NCBI GenBank assembly: GCA_965601735.1
Contig: OZ271840.1
Span: forward strand, 1,348,473-1,412,472
Direction: 5' to 3'
Length of the DNA stretch: 64,000 bases
Source: Alphaproteobacteria bacterium
GTDB lineage: Bacteria; Pseudomonadota; Alphaproteobacteria; JBBDQX01
Of this stretch, positions 40,551 through 49,158 are shown in pieces (position 1 is the first letter of the stretch; the number at the start of each line of letters is the position of its first letter). The notes under the pieces are model-generated. The model was not told where the DNA came from and ran no database searches. It was given only the letters and a program-made list of their open reading frames with translations. The position numbers and the translations under genes are program-made.

Positions 40551-41144
40551 ATGCGACTCACCCTCACAGCCGCACTCGCGGCGCTGGTGTTCGCCGGAGC
40601 GGCCACCGCGTCCGGCCCTTATGCCGGCTGGCAGGATCGGCCGATCAAGGCACTGTCGGCGCAACAGATGGAAGACCTGCGCGCCGGTCGCGGCATGTCG
40701 CTGGCGCTGGCTGCCGAGCTGAACGGCTATCCCGGTCCGCGTCATGTCCTCGACCTGGCCGAGGCGCTCGACCTGACACCGGCGCAGAAGGCCGAAACCG
40801 AGGCCCTGTTCACCGAGATGCAGGCCCGCGCCAGCGCGCTTGGCACTCAGGTGCTGGCGGCGGAGCAGCGCCTCGACCGGCTGTTCGCCGAGGGCACCGC
40901 CGACCCTGACGGCGTGCGCGCGCTGACCGCCGAGTTGGGCGCGCTGCAGGGCAGCCTGCGCTACACCCATCTGCACTACCATCTGCGCATGAAGGGGCTG
41001 CTGGATGCGTCCCAGGTTGCCGCCTACGACCGGCTGCGCGGCTATCACGGCGTGGCGCCGGGTGGCCACGGCAGCCACAGCGGACATAACGGTCATGGGG
41101 ATGGCAGGCACGGGCATGGCGGGCACGGGCATGGCAGCCATTAG
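40551..41144 (+). CDS. periplasmic CpxP/Spy/ZraP-like protein with His-rich C-terminal tail
   Basis: Signal peptide, LTPAQ (LTxxQ) motif, helical repeats, and a C-terminal HGxHG repeat tail (GHGSHSGHNGHGDGRHGHGGHGHGSH). Confidence 0.55.
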   Translation: MRLTLTAALAALVFAGAATASGPYAGWQDRPIKALSAQQMEDLRAGRGMSLALAAELNGYPGPRHVLDLAEALDLTPAQKAETEALFTEMQARASALGTQVLAAEQRLDRLFAEGTADPDGVRALTAELGALQGSLRYTHLHYHLRMKGLLDASQVAAYDRLRGYHGVAPGGHGSHSGHNGHGDGRHGHGGHGHGSH

Positions 41145-41598
41145 ACGGCTGTGGCTGATCGCGGCGGTTGTGATGCTGCCCGCCGCCGGGGCGCTGGCTC
41201 ACGCAGGCGCGACCGGCGTGGTGAAGGAGCGCATGGACCTGATGGTCGAAATGGCCGGCGCCATGAAGCGTACCCTGGGAGCCCTGCGCGCCGACGCGCC
41301 GCTCGATGGTGACGCCGTGACCAGGGATATCCGCCTGGTGGCCGATCACAGCCGCGACATGCTGCATCTGTTTCCCGCCGGTTCGGACGATCCGCCGTCG
41401 GAATCGAAACCCGCCGTCTGGCAGGAATGGGACGCCTTCCGCCAGCTTGCCGAGGACAGCGCCGGCAAGGCCGAAGCGCTGGTCCGCGCCGTCGAGTTCG
41501 GCGAACGGGATGCCGCCATGCGCCGCTTCGCCGACCTGGGGCGCAGCTGCGGCACCTGCCACAGCCGCTTCCGCGCGTCGGACAAGAAGGCGTTCTAG
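41131..41598 (+). CDS. class II c-type cytochrome (cytochrome c'/c556-like four-helix bundle)
   Basis: Signal peptide MAAIRRLWLIAAVVMLPAAGALA. A single C-terminal CGTCH motif, as in class II cytochromes. The start overlaps the upstream gene by 14 nt. Confidence 0.65.
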   Translation: MAAIRRLWLIAAVVMLPAAGALAHAGATGVVKERMDLMVEMAGAMKRTLGALRADAPLDGDAVTRDIRLVADHSRDMLHLFPAGSDDPPSESKPAVWQEWDAFRQLAEDSAGKAEALVRAVEFGERDAAMRRFADLGRSCGTCHSRFRASDKKAF

Positions 41599-41602
41599 GC
41601 CG

Positions 41603-42205
41603 CTAGCTGATTTCCCAGCGCTGGGCGAAGCTGGTGCCACCGGTCGGGATGATGCCGGCGTCGGAATCCGCGTAGTCGGCATAGAACAGGCACGCCCCCT
41701 CGAAGGTAGGGGTGCGGACATTGCTGGCGTGGGTGTGGGTCACCACCAGATGTGCCAGGTGGGTCGGCAGGTTCTTCTCGAACACCTTGTGGGCGGCATA
41801 GACGCCGTGCTGGATCTTGGCGCCGATCTCGCTTTTGCGCGCCGGCTTCACCGGGCCGTTGGTGGGGGCCGCGTCAGGGTCGGGTTCGCACTCCACCACC
41901 TTGGAGACGTCGTGCAGCAGGCAGGCGGCGATCAGCATGTCCATGTCGCAGGGCGTGCCGTGCTGGGCCTGGGCGATCTCGGCCAGCGAGATGGCCATCT
42001 TGGTCACCCCCTGGATGTGGCCGAGCAGGCCACGACCGGCCTCCGAACCCAGATTCTTCGGGATCTCCGCGAAGTCGTCCCAATCGCACTGGGCGGCGAT
42101 GTCGAGCCAGATGTCGATTACCCCCTGGCGCAGTGCCGCATCCTCGATGCGGTCCACCTCCGGAAACAGCGCGCGGATGCCTTCCGCGTCGATGGCGACG
42201 GCCAT
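41603..42205 (-). CDS. HD-domain phosphohydrolase
   Basis: H...HD...D metal-binding pattern (CLLHDVSK). ATG at 42205 with GGAGGGGGAGGA SD. The track ORF to 42709 is over-extended. Confidence 0.7.
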   Translation of the reverse strand: MAVAIDAEGIRALFPEVDRIEDAALRQGVIDIWLDIAAQCDWDDFAEIPKNLGSEAGRGLLGHIQGVTKMAISLAEIAQAQHGTPCDMDMLIAACLLHDVSKVVECEPDPDAAPTNGPVKPARKSEIGAKIQHGVYAAHKVFEKNLPTHLAHLVVTHTHASNVRTPTFEGACLFYADYADSDAGIIPTGGTSFAQRWEIS

Positions 42206-42240
42206 TATATCCTCCCCCTCCGATTTGGGGCCGGGCGCGG

Positions 42241-44565
42241 TTACTCCGCGGCGGCCCGGTTGAGCGTCTGCCACACCTTGTTGGGCGTGACCGGCATGTC
42301 GATGCTGCCGATGCCCTGCGGGCGCAGCGCGTCCAGCACGGCGTTGACGAAGGCGCTGGGCGCGCCGCAGCAGCCGCCCTCGCCGGCGCCCTTCACGCCC
42401 AGGTCGTTGTCCGGGTCGAGCACCTCGTTGAAGCCCGCGTCCATGTCGGGCAGGTCGTCGGCGCGCGGCATGCAGTAGTCCATGAACGAGCCGGTCAGCA
42501 GCTGGGCGCTCTCGGTGTCGTAGACCGCCTCTTCCAGCATTGCCTGGCCGAGGCCCTGGGCGACGCCGCCGTGGATCTGCCCGTGCACGATCATCGGATT
42601 GATGATGCGGCCGCAATCGTCCACCGCGGTGTAGCGCACCGGGCGCACGATGCCGGTCTCCGGGTCGATCTCGACCTCGCAGACATGGCAGCCGTTGGGG
42701 AAGTTCCACGCCGCCTCCCGCTCGTAGCGGCAGGTCTCGTCGAGGCCCGGTTCGATGTCGTCGGGCAGGCCCTCGCCGGAGATCGCCGCCTGGGCGACCT
42801 CGGCCAGCCCGATCGACGACTCGCCTGCCGTGTAGGTGCCTTCCTTGAACTGCACTGCCTGGGTTTCCTGCTGCATCAGATGGCCGGCGATGCGGCGGCC
42901 CTTCTCGATCACCAGGTCGCAGGCGCGCAGCACCGCCACGCCCCCCATCTGTGAGGTGCGCGAGCCGCCCGAGCCGTTGCCGTAGGGCACCAGGTCGGTG
43001 TCGCCCTGTACCAGCGAGACCTTCTCGAACGGCACGCCGAGCCGGTCGTTGACGATCTGCGCGAAGGTGGTCTCGTGGCCCTGGCCATAGGAGTGGGTGC
43101 CAGCGATCACCTTGACGCTGCCGTCGGCCTCGAAGCGCACCGCGGCTTCCTCGTTGGGCGGGCCGCCGGACGCCTCCATGAAGTAGCCGATGCCGATGCC
43201 GCGCAGCAGGCCCTTGGCCTCGCTCTCCGCGCGGCGCGCCGGGAAGCCGGCCCAGTCGGCGCGGGCCAGCGCCTGGTCCATGGTGTCGGCAAACGCGCCG
43301 CTGTTGATCAGGCAGCCGGCCTGGCTGGCGTAGGGCAGGGCCTCGGGCTTGATGAAGTTGAGGCGGCGGAAATCGTCCTGGCTCATGCCCATGGCGTGCG
43401 CCGCCGCGTCGATCAGCCGTTCCGTGACGTAGCAGGCCTCGGGCCGGCCCGCGCCCCGGTAGGAGTCGGTCGGCGTGGTGTTGGTGAAGACACAGCGCAC
43501 CCGCTGGTACAGCGCCGGGACGTCATAGACCGTGCCGGCGACCCGGCCGCCCGCCCCGGTCGGCACCCGCGGGCCGTTATCGGATGCATAGGCGCCGAGG
43601 TTGGCCAGCGTATCGACCCGCATGCCGGTGATGCGGCCGTCCGCGTCGAGCGCCATCTCGGCATGGGTGATGTTGTCGCGGCCATGGGCGTCGACCACGA
43701 AGGACTCGCTGCGGTCGCCGCGCCAGCGCACCGGGCGGCTGAGCTGCTTCGCGCACCAGGCGACCAGCGGCAGTTCCGGGACCATCTTGGACCGGATGCC
43801 GAAGCCACCGCCGGTGGCCGGCGTCACCACGCGCAGCTTCTCTGGTTCCCAGTTCAGCACCAGCTTGCAGATGTTGTTGCGGATCTTGTGGGCGCCCTGG
43901 CTGGGGCAGGTCAGCGTCACCCGGTCGTCGTCCGGGTCGTAGCTGGCGAACGCGCCGCGCGGCTCCATCGGGCTGCCATAGACCCGGTTGTTGACCAGGT
44001 CGACGGACACCGTCTTGGCGGCGCTGGCGAAGGCCGCGTCGGTCTTCTCCTTGTCGCCGGATGCCCAGTCGAAGCAGACATTGCCCGGCCAGTCGGGCCA
44101 GATCACCGGCGCGCCGTCGACCGCCCGGCGCAGGTCGCCGTTGGCGGGCCGGTCGTCGTAATCGACCATCACCGCCTCGGCAGCATCGCGGGCCTGCACC
44201 TCGGTCTCGGCGACGATCATCGCAATCGGTTCCCCGACGAAGCGCACCGCGCCGTCGGCCAGCAGCGGCCGGGTGGGTGCGCGCAGCGGCTCGCCATGGC
44301 GGTCCTTCAGGGCGGCCAGCGTCTTCAGGTCGTTGAGCCCGGCCTCGCGCAGGTCGGCGATGGTGAACACCGCAATCACGCCCGGCATGTCACGCGCCGC
44401 CGACACATCGAGCTCGGTGATCACCGCATGCGACATTGGCGAGCGGTGGAAGGCGATGAACGCCTGGCCGTCGGCCGGGTGGTCGTCGGTATAGGGGGAA
44501 TCGCCGGTGATCAGACGCAGGTCTTCCTTGCGCCGCACCGGCTGGCTGATTCCGAATTCGCCCAT
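42241..44565 (-). CDS. xanthine dehydrogenase/CO dehydrogenase family molybdopterin-binding large subunit (form-II CoxL-like)
   Basis: 774 aa. N-terminal ...RRKEDLRLITG... and the SYRGAGRPEA active-site loop of form II. ATG at 44565. No small or medium subunit genes nearby. Confidence 0.85.
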   Translation of the reverse strand: MGEFGISQPVRRKEDLRLITGDSPYTDDHPADGQAFIAFHRSPMSHAVITELDVSAARDMPGVIAVFTIADLREAGLNDLKTLAALKDRHGEPLRAPTRPLLADGAVRFVGEPIAMIVAETEVQARDAAEAVMVDYDDRPANGDLRRAVDGAPVIWPDWPGNVCFDWASGDKEKTDAAFASAAKTVSVDLVNNRVYGSPMEPRGAFASYDPDDDRVTLTCPSQGAHKIRNNICKLVLNWEPEKLRVVTPATGGGFGIRSKMVPELPLVAWCAKQLSRPVRWRGDRSESFVVDAHGRDNITHAEMALDADGRITGMRVDTLANLGAYASDNGPRVPTGAGGRVAGTVYDVPALYQRVRCVFTNTTPTDSYRGAGRPEACYVTERLIDAAAHAMGMSQDDFRRLNFIKPEALPYASQAGCLINSGAFADTMDQALARADWAGFPARRAESEAKGLLRGIGIGYFMEASGGPPNEEAAVRFEADGSVKVIAGTHSYGQGHETTFAQIVNDRLGVPFEKVSLVQGDTDLVPYGNGSGGSRTSQMGGVAVLRACDLVIEKGRRIAGHLMQQETQAVQFKEGTYTAGESSIGLAEVAQAAISGEGLPDDIEPGLDETCRYEREAAWNFPNGCHVCEVEIDPETGIVRPVRYTAVDDCGRIINPMIVHGQIHGGVAQGLGQAMLEEAVYDTESAQLLTGSFMDYCMPRADDLPDMDAGFNEVLDPDNDLGVKGAGEGGCCGAPSAFVNAVLDALRPQGIGSIDMPVTPNKVWQTLNRAAAE

Positions 44566-44705
44566 CGCTGCTGTCTCCCTCACACCGGGCCGTGCGCCGG
44601 CGGCGGCAAGCGCCGGGGCGGAGCGGTCCGGGTTTGTCTGGCGGGGCCGTGCCGGGTCGGCAGGCCGATCCTATGAAGCAAGTGTGCCGGGCCGCCGCGC
44701 CCGGT

Positions 44706-45146
44706 TCAAGCCGCCGGGTAGCGCGGCGCGTCGGTCGCCTGCTCCGGCGGCGCGAGATAGCGGAAGCTGCCCTGGCCTGACGCCAGGTCGCGGCCGCTGT
44801 CCGGATCGCGCACCGTGGCCTCGGCGTAGAAAATCCGGTCCTCGGCCCGCTGCAGCCGTCCGTCCGCCACCAGCCGGGTGCAATAGGCCGGGGCAAGGAA
44901 GCTGGTCGCCAGGCTGATCGTCACCAGCGGCCGCCGCCGACCGTCCACATAGTTGCCGGCATAGAGCGCGGCGATGTCGACCAGCCCCATCAGCACCCCG
45001 CCATGCACGAAGCCGCCACCGCCCAGATGCCGTGGCAGCACGTCCATCGTCAGCTGCGCCGCCCCGTAAGACCATTCGGTGATGCGGTAGCCCAGCGTGG
45101 TGTGGAAGGTGTCGTCGTCGGGTCCGTAGAAGGAGAATCCAGCCAT
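44706..45146 (-). CDS. PaaI-family hotdog-fold thioesterase (second copy)
   Basis: FVHGGVLMGLVDIAA motif. ATG at 45146 verified. The track ORF is over-extended to 45359. Confidence 0.7.
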   Translation of the reverse strand: MAGFSFYGPDDDTFHTTLGYRITEWSYGAAQLTMDVLPRHLGGGGFVHGGVLMGLVDIAALYAGNYVDGRRRPLVTISLATSFLAPAYCTRLVADGRLQRAEDRIFYAEATVRDPDSGRDLASGQGSFRYLAPPEQATDAPRYPAA

Positions 45147-45287
45147 CACGCCGGCAGGCTGGCGGGCGCGGCGGCCCCGGTCAAGGCCGCCGCCCGCGCC
45201 GCGCCGGTCTTGCGATATGGCGCAGTGCGCGCAAGGCTGCATGCTCGCGCGCCCGTTGATCCCCATTATCCGAGGAGGAAGCCCGCC

Positions 45288-46364
45288 ATGCGCGTTGCCG
45301 TGCTCGGCGCCGGGGCCATCGGCCTCAGCTACGCGGCCTTGCTGGAAGACCGGGGCCATGACGTGGCTCTGCTGTCGCCGTCAGGCGCCAGCACGCGCGA
45401 CCTCGCCACCGGCGCACCGCTGACCGCCAGCGGCCAGGTGACCGGCAGCTTCAGGCCGCGCATCGCCATCGACATGGTGGATGCGCTGGACGGTGCCGCG
45501 GCGGCCATCGTTGCGGTGCCGGGCAACGGCGCACGTGCGGTACTCGACGTGCTCGCCCCGTGCCTCGCTCCGGGCCAGGCGGTGATCATCAGTTCCCAGT
45601 CGTCCCTGTCGGCGCTCTACCTGTCGCGGGCGCTGGCGGCGCGGGGTCTCACCGTCCCCATCGCCGCCTGGTCGACCACCGCGGCCATGGGGCGGCGGCT
45701 GTCGCCGACCGCGGTCGACGTGGATACCATCCGCCCGCTGATCGATCGGGCGATCCTGCACGAGCTCCCCGACGGCGCGGGGGCAGCGGTCTGCGCCGCC
45801 CTGTTCGGCGACGTGTTCCGCGATGTGGACGGGCTGCTCGCCATCGCCTTCTCCAACCTCAACCCGCCGATCCACCTGGCCAATTCGCTGGCCAACTTCA
45901 CCCGCATGGAAAAGGGCGAGGCCTGGGATAATTACGACGGGATTACCGCCGCTGTGGGCCGGATGATCGAGGCGCTGGATGCAGAGCGCCTCGCCGCCGC
46001 CGCGGCCTGGGGCCAGACCGTGCGCAGCGCCCGGGAGCATTACGAGCTCACCTTCGACTATGTGACGCCGGGCACGGTGGCGGAGATGGCGGCCCAGGTG
46101 CATGGGCGGCTGAACGGCCCGCCGGGTCCGAAGACGGTGGAGCACCGCTTCCTCACCGAGGATATCCCCTTCGGCCTTGCCCCGCTGATCCGGCTGGGCG
46201 GGATGCGGGACGTGGCGCTGCCCCTGCACGAAGCGGGCATCCGGGTCGCCTCGGCGCTGATGGGGCGCGACCTCACGGCGGGCAACGACCTGCTCGATGG
46301 CCTGCTCGACGGGGTCGATGCAGGCCGCCTTGCCGCCATGGCGCGGGACGGCTGGGCGGACTGA
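45288..46364 (+). CDS. NAD(P)-dependent opine (octopine/nopaline) dehydrogenase family protein
   Basis: N-terminal Rossmann VAVLGAGAIGLSYA. C-terminal opine-dehydrogenase-like helical domain. GAGGAGGAA SD. Confidence 0.7.
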   Translation: MRVAVLGAGAIGLSYAALLEDRGHDVALLSPSGASTRDLATGAPLTASGQVTGSFRPRIAIDMVDALDGAAAAIVAVPGNGARAVLDVLAPCLAPGQAVIISSQSSLSALYLSRALAARGLTVPIAAWSTTAAMGRRLSPTAVDVDTIRPLIDRAILHELPDGAGAAVCAALFGDVFRDVDGLLAIAFSNLNPPIHLANSLANFTRMEKGEAWDNYDGITAAVGRMIEALDAERLAAAAAWGQTVRSAREHYELTFDYVTPGTVAEMAAQVHGRLNGPPGPKTVEHRFLTEDIPFGLAPLIRLGGMRDVALPLHEAGIRVASALMGRDLTAGNDLLDGLLDGVDAGRLAAMARDGWAD

Positions 46365-46453
46365 GCCGCGTCCCTTGCCGCTTGCGCCGGGCGCGCCGCG
46401 CCGCCACCTTTATGGGCAACAAACACGATCAGCTCAGACACGGGGGACGGCGC

Positions 46454-46894
46454 ATGCGCTACCTGCACACCATGGTCCGCGTCCGCGACATCGACGAGTC
46501 GCTGGACTTCTACTGCAACAAGCTCGGCATGGTGGAGATCCGCCGCCGCGAGAGCGAACAGGGCCGCTTCACCCTGATCTTCCTGGCCGCGCCCGAGGAC
46601 GAGGCGCGCGGCCGCGCCGAGCGCGCGCCGCTGCTGGAGCTCACCTACAACTGGGACCCGGAGGACTATCAGGGCGGCCGTAATTTCGGCCATCTCGCCT
46701 TCGTGGTCGACGACATCTACGGCCTGTGCCAGTCGCTGATGGACGCGGGCGTCACCATCAACCGGCCGCCGCGCGACGGGCACATGGCGTTCGTGCGCTC
46801 GCCAGACGGCATCTCCATCGAACTGCTGCAGAAGGGCGACTCGCTCGAACCCGCCGAGCCCTGGGCGTCGATGGAAAACACCGGCAGCTGGTAG
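46454..46894 (+). CDS. gloA: lactoylglutathione lyase (glyoxalase I)
   Basis: Two VOC modules with metal ligands (H..E...H..E). MRYLHTMVRVRDIDESLDFY matches the GloA N-terminus. Confidence 0.85.
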   Translation: MRYLHTMVRVRDIDESLDFYCNKLGMVEIRRRESEQGRFTLIFLAAPEDEARGRAERAPLLELTYNWDPEDYQGGRNFGHLAFVVDDIYGLCQSLMDAGVTINRPPRDGHMAFVRSPDGISIELLQKGDSLEPAEPWASMENTGSW

Positions 46895-46909
46895 CGCGGG
46901 AGCCGCCCG

Positions 46910-47758
46910 ATGATCCGGCTGCTGCTCGCCGCCCTGCTGCTCGCCGCCGCGCCGGTCCTCGGCACCGCGCAGGCACAGGTCGCGCCACCCCATCCGGGGG
47001 AACCCGGGGGCGAACCGGTGGATGTGGAGCTGGCGCTCGGAATCGATGTCTCTGGCTCGGTGGACCCGGAAGAGGCGCGGCTGCAGCGCGAGGGCTATAT
47101 CGCCGCCTTCCGCCACCCGCAGATCATCCAGGCGATCCAGTCGGGCATCCTCGGGCGCATCGCCGTGTCCTATTTCGAGTGGGCCGGCTTCGGCCATATG
47201 CGGGTGATCGCCGACTGGACCCTGATCCACGACGAAGCCAGCGCCAACGCGTTTGCCGACATACTCAGCGGCAACCCGCCCCAGCGCGCCTACCGCACGG
47301 CGATCTCGGACGCCATCGACTACGCCGCCGGCTCGTTCGACGGCAACGGCTTCGACGGCCAGCGCCGGGTCATCGACCTGTCCGGCGACGGGCCGAACAA
47401 CCACGGCAACCTGGTGACCCAGGCGCGGGACCGGGCGGTGGCCCAGGGCATCACCATCAACGGCCTGCCCATCGTCAACGACCGGCCGAGCCCGTCGGGT
47501 CGGCTGCAGATCGCCAACCTCGACCTCTATTACCAGGACTGCGTGATCGGCGGGCCGAGGGCCTTCGTCGTCGTCGCCAACGACTTCATCGATTTTGCCC
47601 GCGCGGTGAAGCGCAAGCTGTTCCTGGAAATCGCCGGCCTGCAGCCGGCCGAACCGGTCCTCCCCACCCTGGTCCCGGCCCAGCTCCGCCAGCAGCCGCG
47701 CACGTCGCCGCCCTGCAACATCGGCGAAATGCGCCGCATGGAGTGGTGGGATAACTAG
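46910..47758 (+). CDS. DUF1194 domain protein (vWA-like, secreted)
   Basis: Signal peptide MIRLLLAALLLAAAPVLGTAQA. DVSGS MIDAS-like motif. Confidence 0.7.
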   Translation: MIRLLLAALLLAAAPVLGTAQAQVAPPHPGEPGGEPVDVELALGIDVSGSVDPEEARLQREGYIAAFRHPQIIQAIQSGILGRIAVSYFEWAGFGHMRVIADWTLIHDEASANAFADILSGNPPQRAYRTAISDAIDYAAGSFDGNGFDGQRRVIDLSGDGPNNHGNLVTQARDRAVAQGITINGLPIVNDRPSPSGRLQIANLDLYYQDCVIGGPRAFVVVANDFIDFARAVKRKLFLEIAGLQPAEPVLPTLVPAQLRQQPRTSPPCNIGEMRRMEWWDN

Positions 47759-47762
47759 GGAT

Positions 47763-47849
47763 TGGTCCGGGCTGCGGGAGTCGAACCCGCACGGGCTTTC
47801 GCCCAAGGGATTTTAAGTCCCTTGCGTCTACCAGTTCCGCCAAGCCCGG
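47763..47849 (-). tRNA. tRNA-Leu (anticodon UAA), class II with long variable arm, CCA encoded
   Basis: Folded by hand. 7-bp acceptor CCGGGCT/AGCCCGG, U8, 3-bp D stem, anticodon stem AGGGA/TCCCT with loop CTTAAAA (U33, TAA), variable hairpin GGGCGAAAGCCC, T arm GCGGG-TTCGACT-CCCGC, discriminator A, CCA. Confidence 0.85.
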
Positions 47850-47925
47850 GTGCCGTGGCGTGGCCGCCAGTCTAGCAGAGGCGGGGCCGGGGTAATCGGT
47901 GCGGCGGGCAAGTCGCGGACATGGG

Positions 47926-48693
47926 TCAGCCGTCCGCGCTGTCGGTCTCGACGGGCTCGGCGCCCAGGCCCTGCATCAGGGTGCGGACCTCTTCGACGGC
48001 GGCGTCGATAGCGGCCTCGTCGGTGCCGCGCACGACGATGGAGCAGCCGTGGCCGCCGCGCCGGTAGAACGGGTAGCTGCCGATATCGAGCCCCGGATAG
48101 CGGCCCTGGATCTCCCCCAGGCCGCCGGCCAGCGCGCCCTCGCCGATGCCGGCGGTGAGCGTGCGGGCGCGCATCGGGGCGCCGCGCTCCAGCGTTGGCG
48201 CGATGCCCTCGAACATCGCCTGCATGATGCGCGGCACACCCGCCATCACATGCACATTCTCCAGCCGGAAACCCGGCGCGGCGCTGACCGGGTTGTCGAT
48301 CAGGCTCGCGCCCACCGGGATCGTCGCCATGCGCAGGCGCGCGGCGTTGAGGTCGGATGGGTCGGCGTAATGGGCCAGCAGCCGGCGCTTCGCCTCCGCG
48401 TTCACCTCCAGCGGCTTGCCGAACGCCTTGCCGACACAGGCCGAAGTGATGTCGTCATGGGTCGGGCCGATGCCGCCGGTGGTGAAGACATAGTCGTAGC
48501 TGTCGGCCAGCTCGCGCACCGTGCGCACGATCATGTACTCGTCGTCGGGCACCACGCGCATCTCCATCAGCGGGATGCCCAGCTCTCCCAGCCGCGCCCC
48601 GAGGAAGGCGGCGTTGGCGTCCTGGGTGCGGCCGGACAGGATCTCATTGCCGATGATCAGCAGCGCGGCGGTGCGGCGGGTCGGTGTGTCCAT
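47926..48693 (-). CDS. CinA-like molybdopterin-binding (MoCF biosynthesis) domain protein
   Basis: ALLIIGNEILSGRTQDANAAFL...TGGIGPTHDDIT MoaB/MogA/CinA N-terminal domain. Confidence 0.8.
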   Translation of the reverse strand: MDTPTRRTAALLIIGNEILSGRTQDANAAFLGARLGELGIPLMEMRVVPDDEYMIVRTVRELADSYDYVFTTGGIGPTHDDITSACVGKAFGKPLEVNAEAKRRLLAHYADPSDLNAARLRMATIPVGASLIDNPVSAAPGFRLENVHVMAGVPRIMQAMFEGIAPTLERGAPMRARTLTAGIGEGALAGGLGEIQGRYPGLDIGSYPFYRRGGHGCSIVVRGTDEAAIDAAVEEVRTLMQGLGAEPVETDSADG

Positions 48694-48720
48694 GTAGGGC
48701 AGTTTAGCCGGGCTGGCCGG

Positions 48721-49158
48721 TCACAGAAAATCCCGCAGCATGGCGACCAGCGGTTCGTCCGCCGGCGGCATGGGATAGTCGCGCAATTCGCGTGGCAGCA
48801 CCCATTTCAGCGCGCTGTGCTCCACCGCGCGCGGCGCGCCCTGCCACACCCGGCAGACATAGAGCGGCATCAGCAGGTGGAAGTCATCGTAGGTATGGCT
48901 GGCGAAGGTGAAGGGGGCGAGGCAGCTTTCCTCGGTGTCGATCTCGAGCTCCTCGCGCAGCTCGCGGATCAGCGCCGCCTCCGGCGTCTCCCCCGGATCG
49001 ACCTTGCCGCCGGGAAACTCCCACAGCCCGGCCATCGCCTTGCCCTCGGGCCGGCGCGCGATCAGCACCCGGTCGTCCGGGTCGATCAGGGCGACCGCGG
49101 CGACCAGGACAACGGGCCTTGCGGCGCCGTCTCCGGCCTCAGCTGCGGTAGTCGGCAT
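48721..49158 (-). CDS. mutT: NUDIX hydrolase (MutT-like 8-oxo-dGTP diphosphatase)
   Basis: Nudix box GGKVDPGETPEAALIRELREELEI. Overlaps the argJ 3' end by 20 nt. Confidence 0.75.
   Translation of the reverse strand: MPTTAAEAGDGAARPVVLVAAVALIDPDDRVLIARRPEGKAMAGLWEFPGGKVDPGETPEAALIRELREELEIDTEESCLAPFTFASHTYDDFHLLMPLYVCRVWQGAPRAVEHSALKWVLPRELRDYPMPPADEPLVAMLRDFL

Noticed and set aside
47851-47900. Possible tRNA-Leu promoter (TTACCC-N15-TAGACT on the minus strand)
   Set aside because: The spacer is 15 nt rather than 16-18, and the -35 is weak. It could not be supported beyond chance in a short hand scan.
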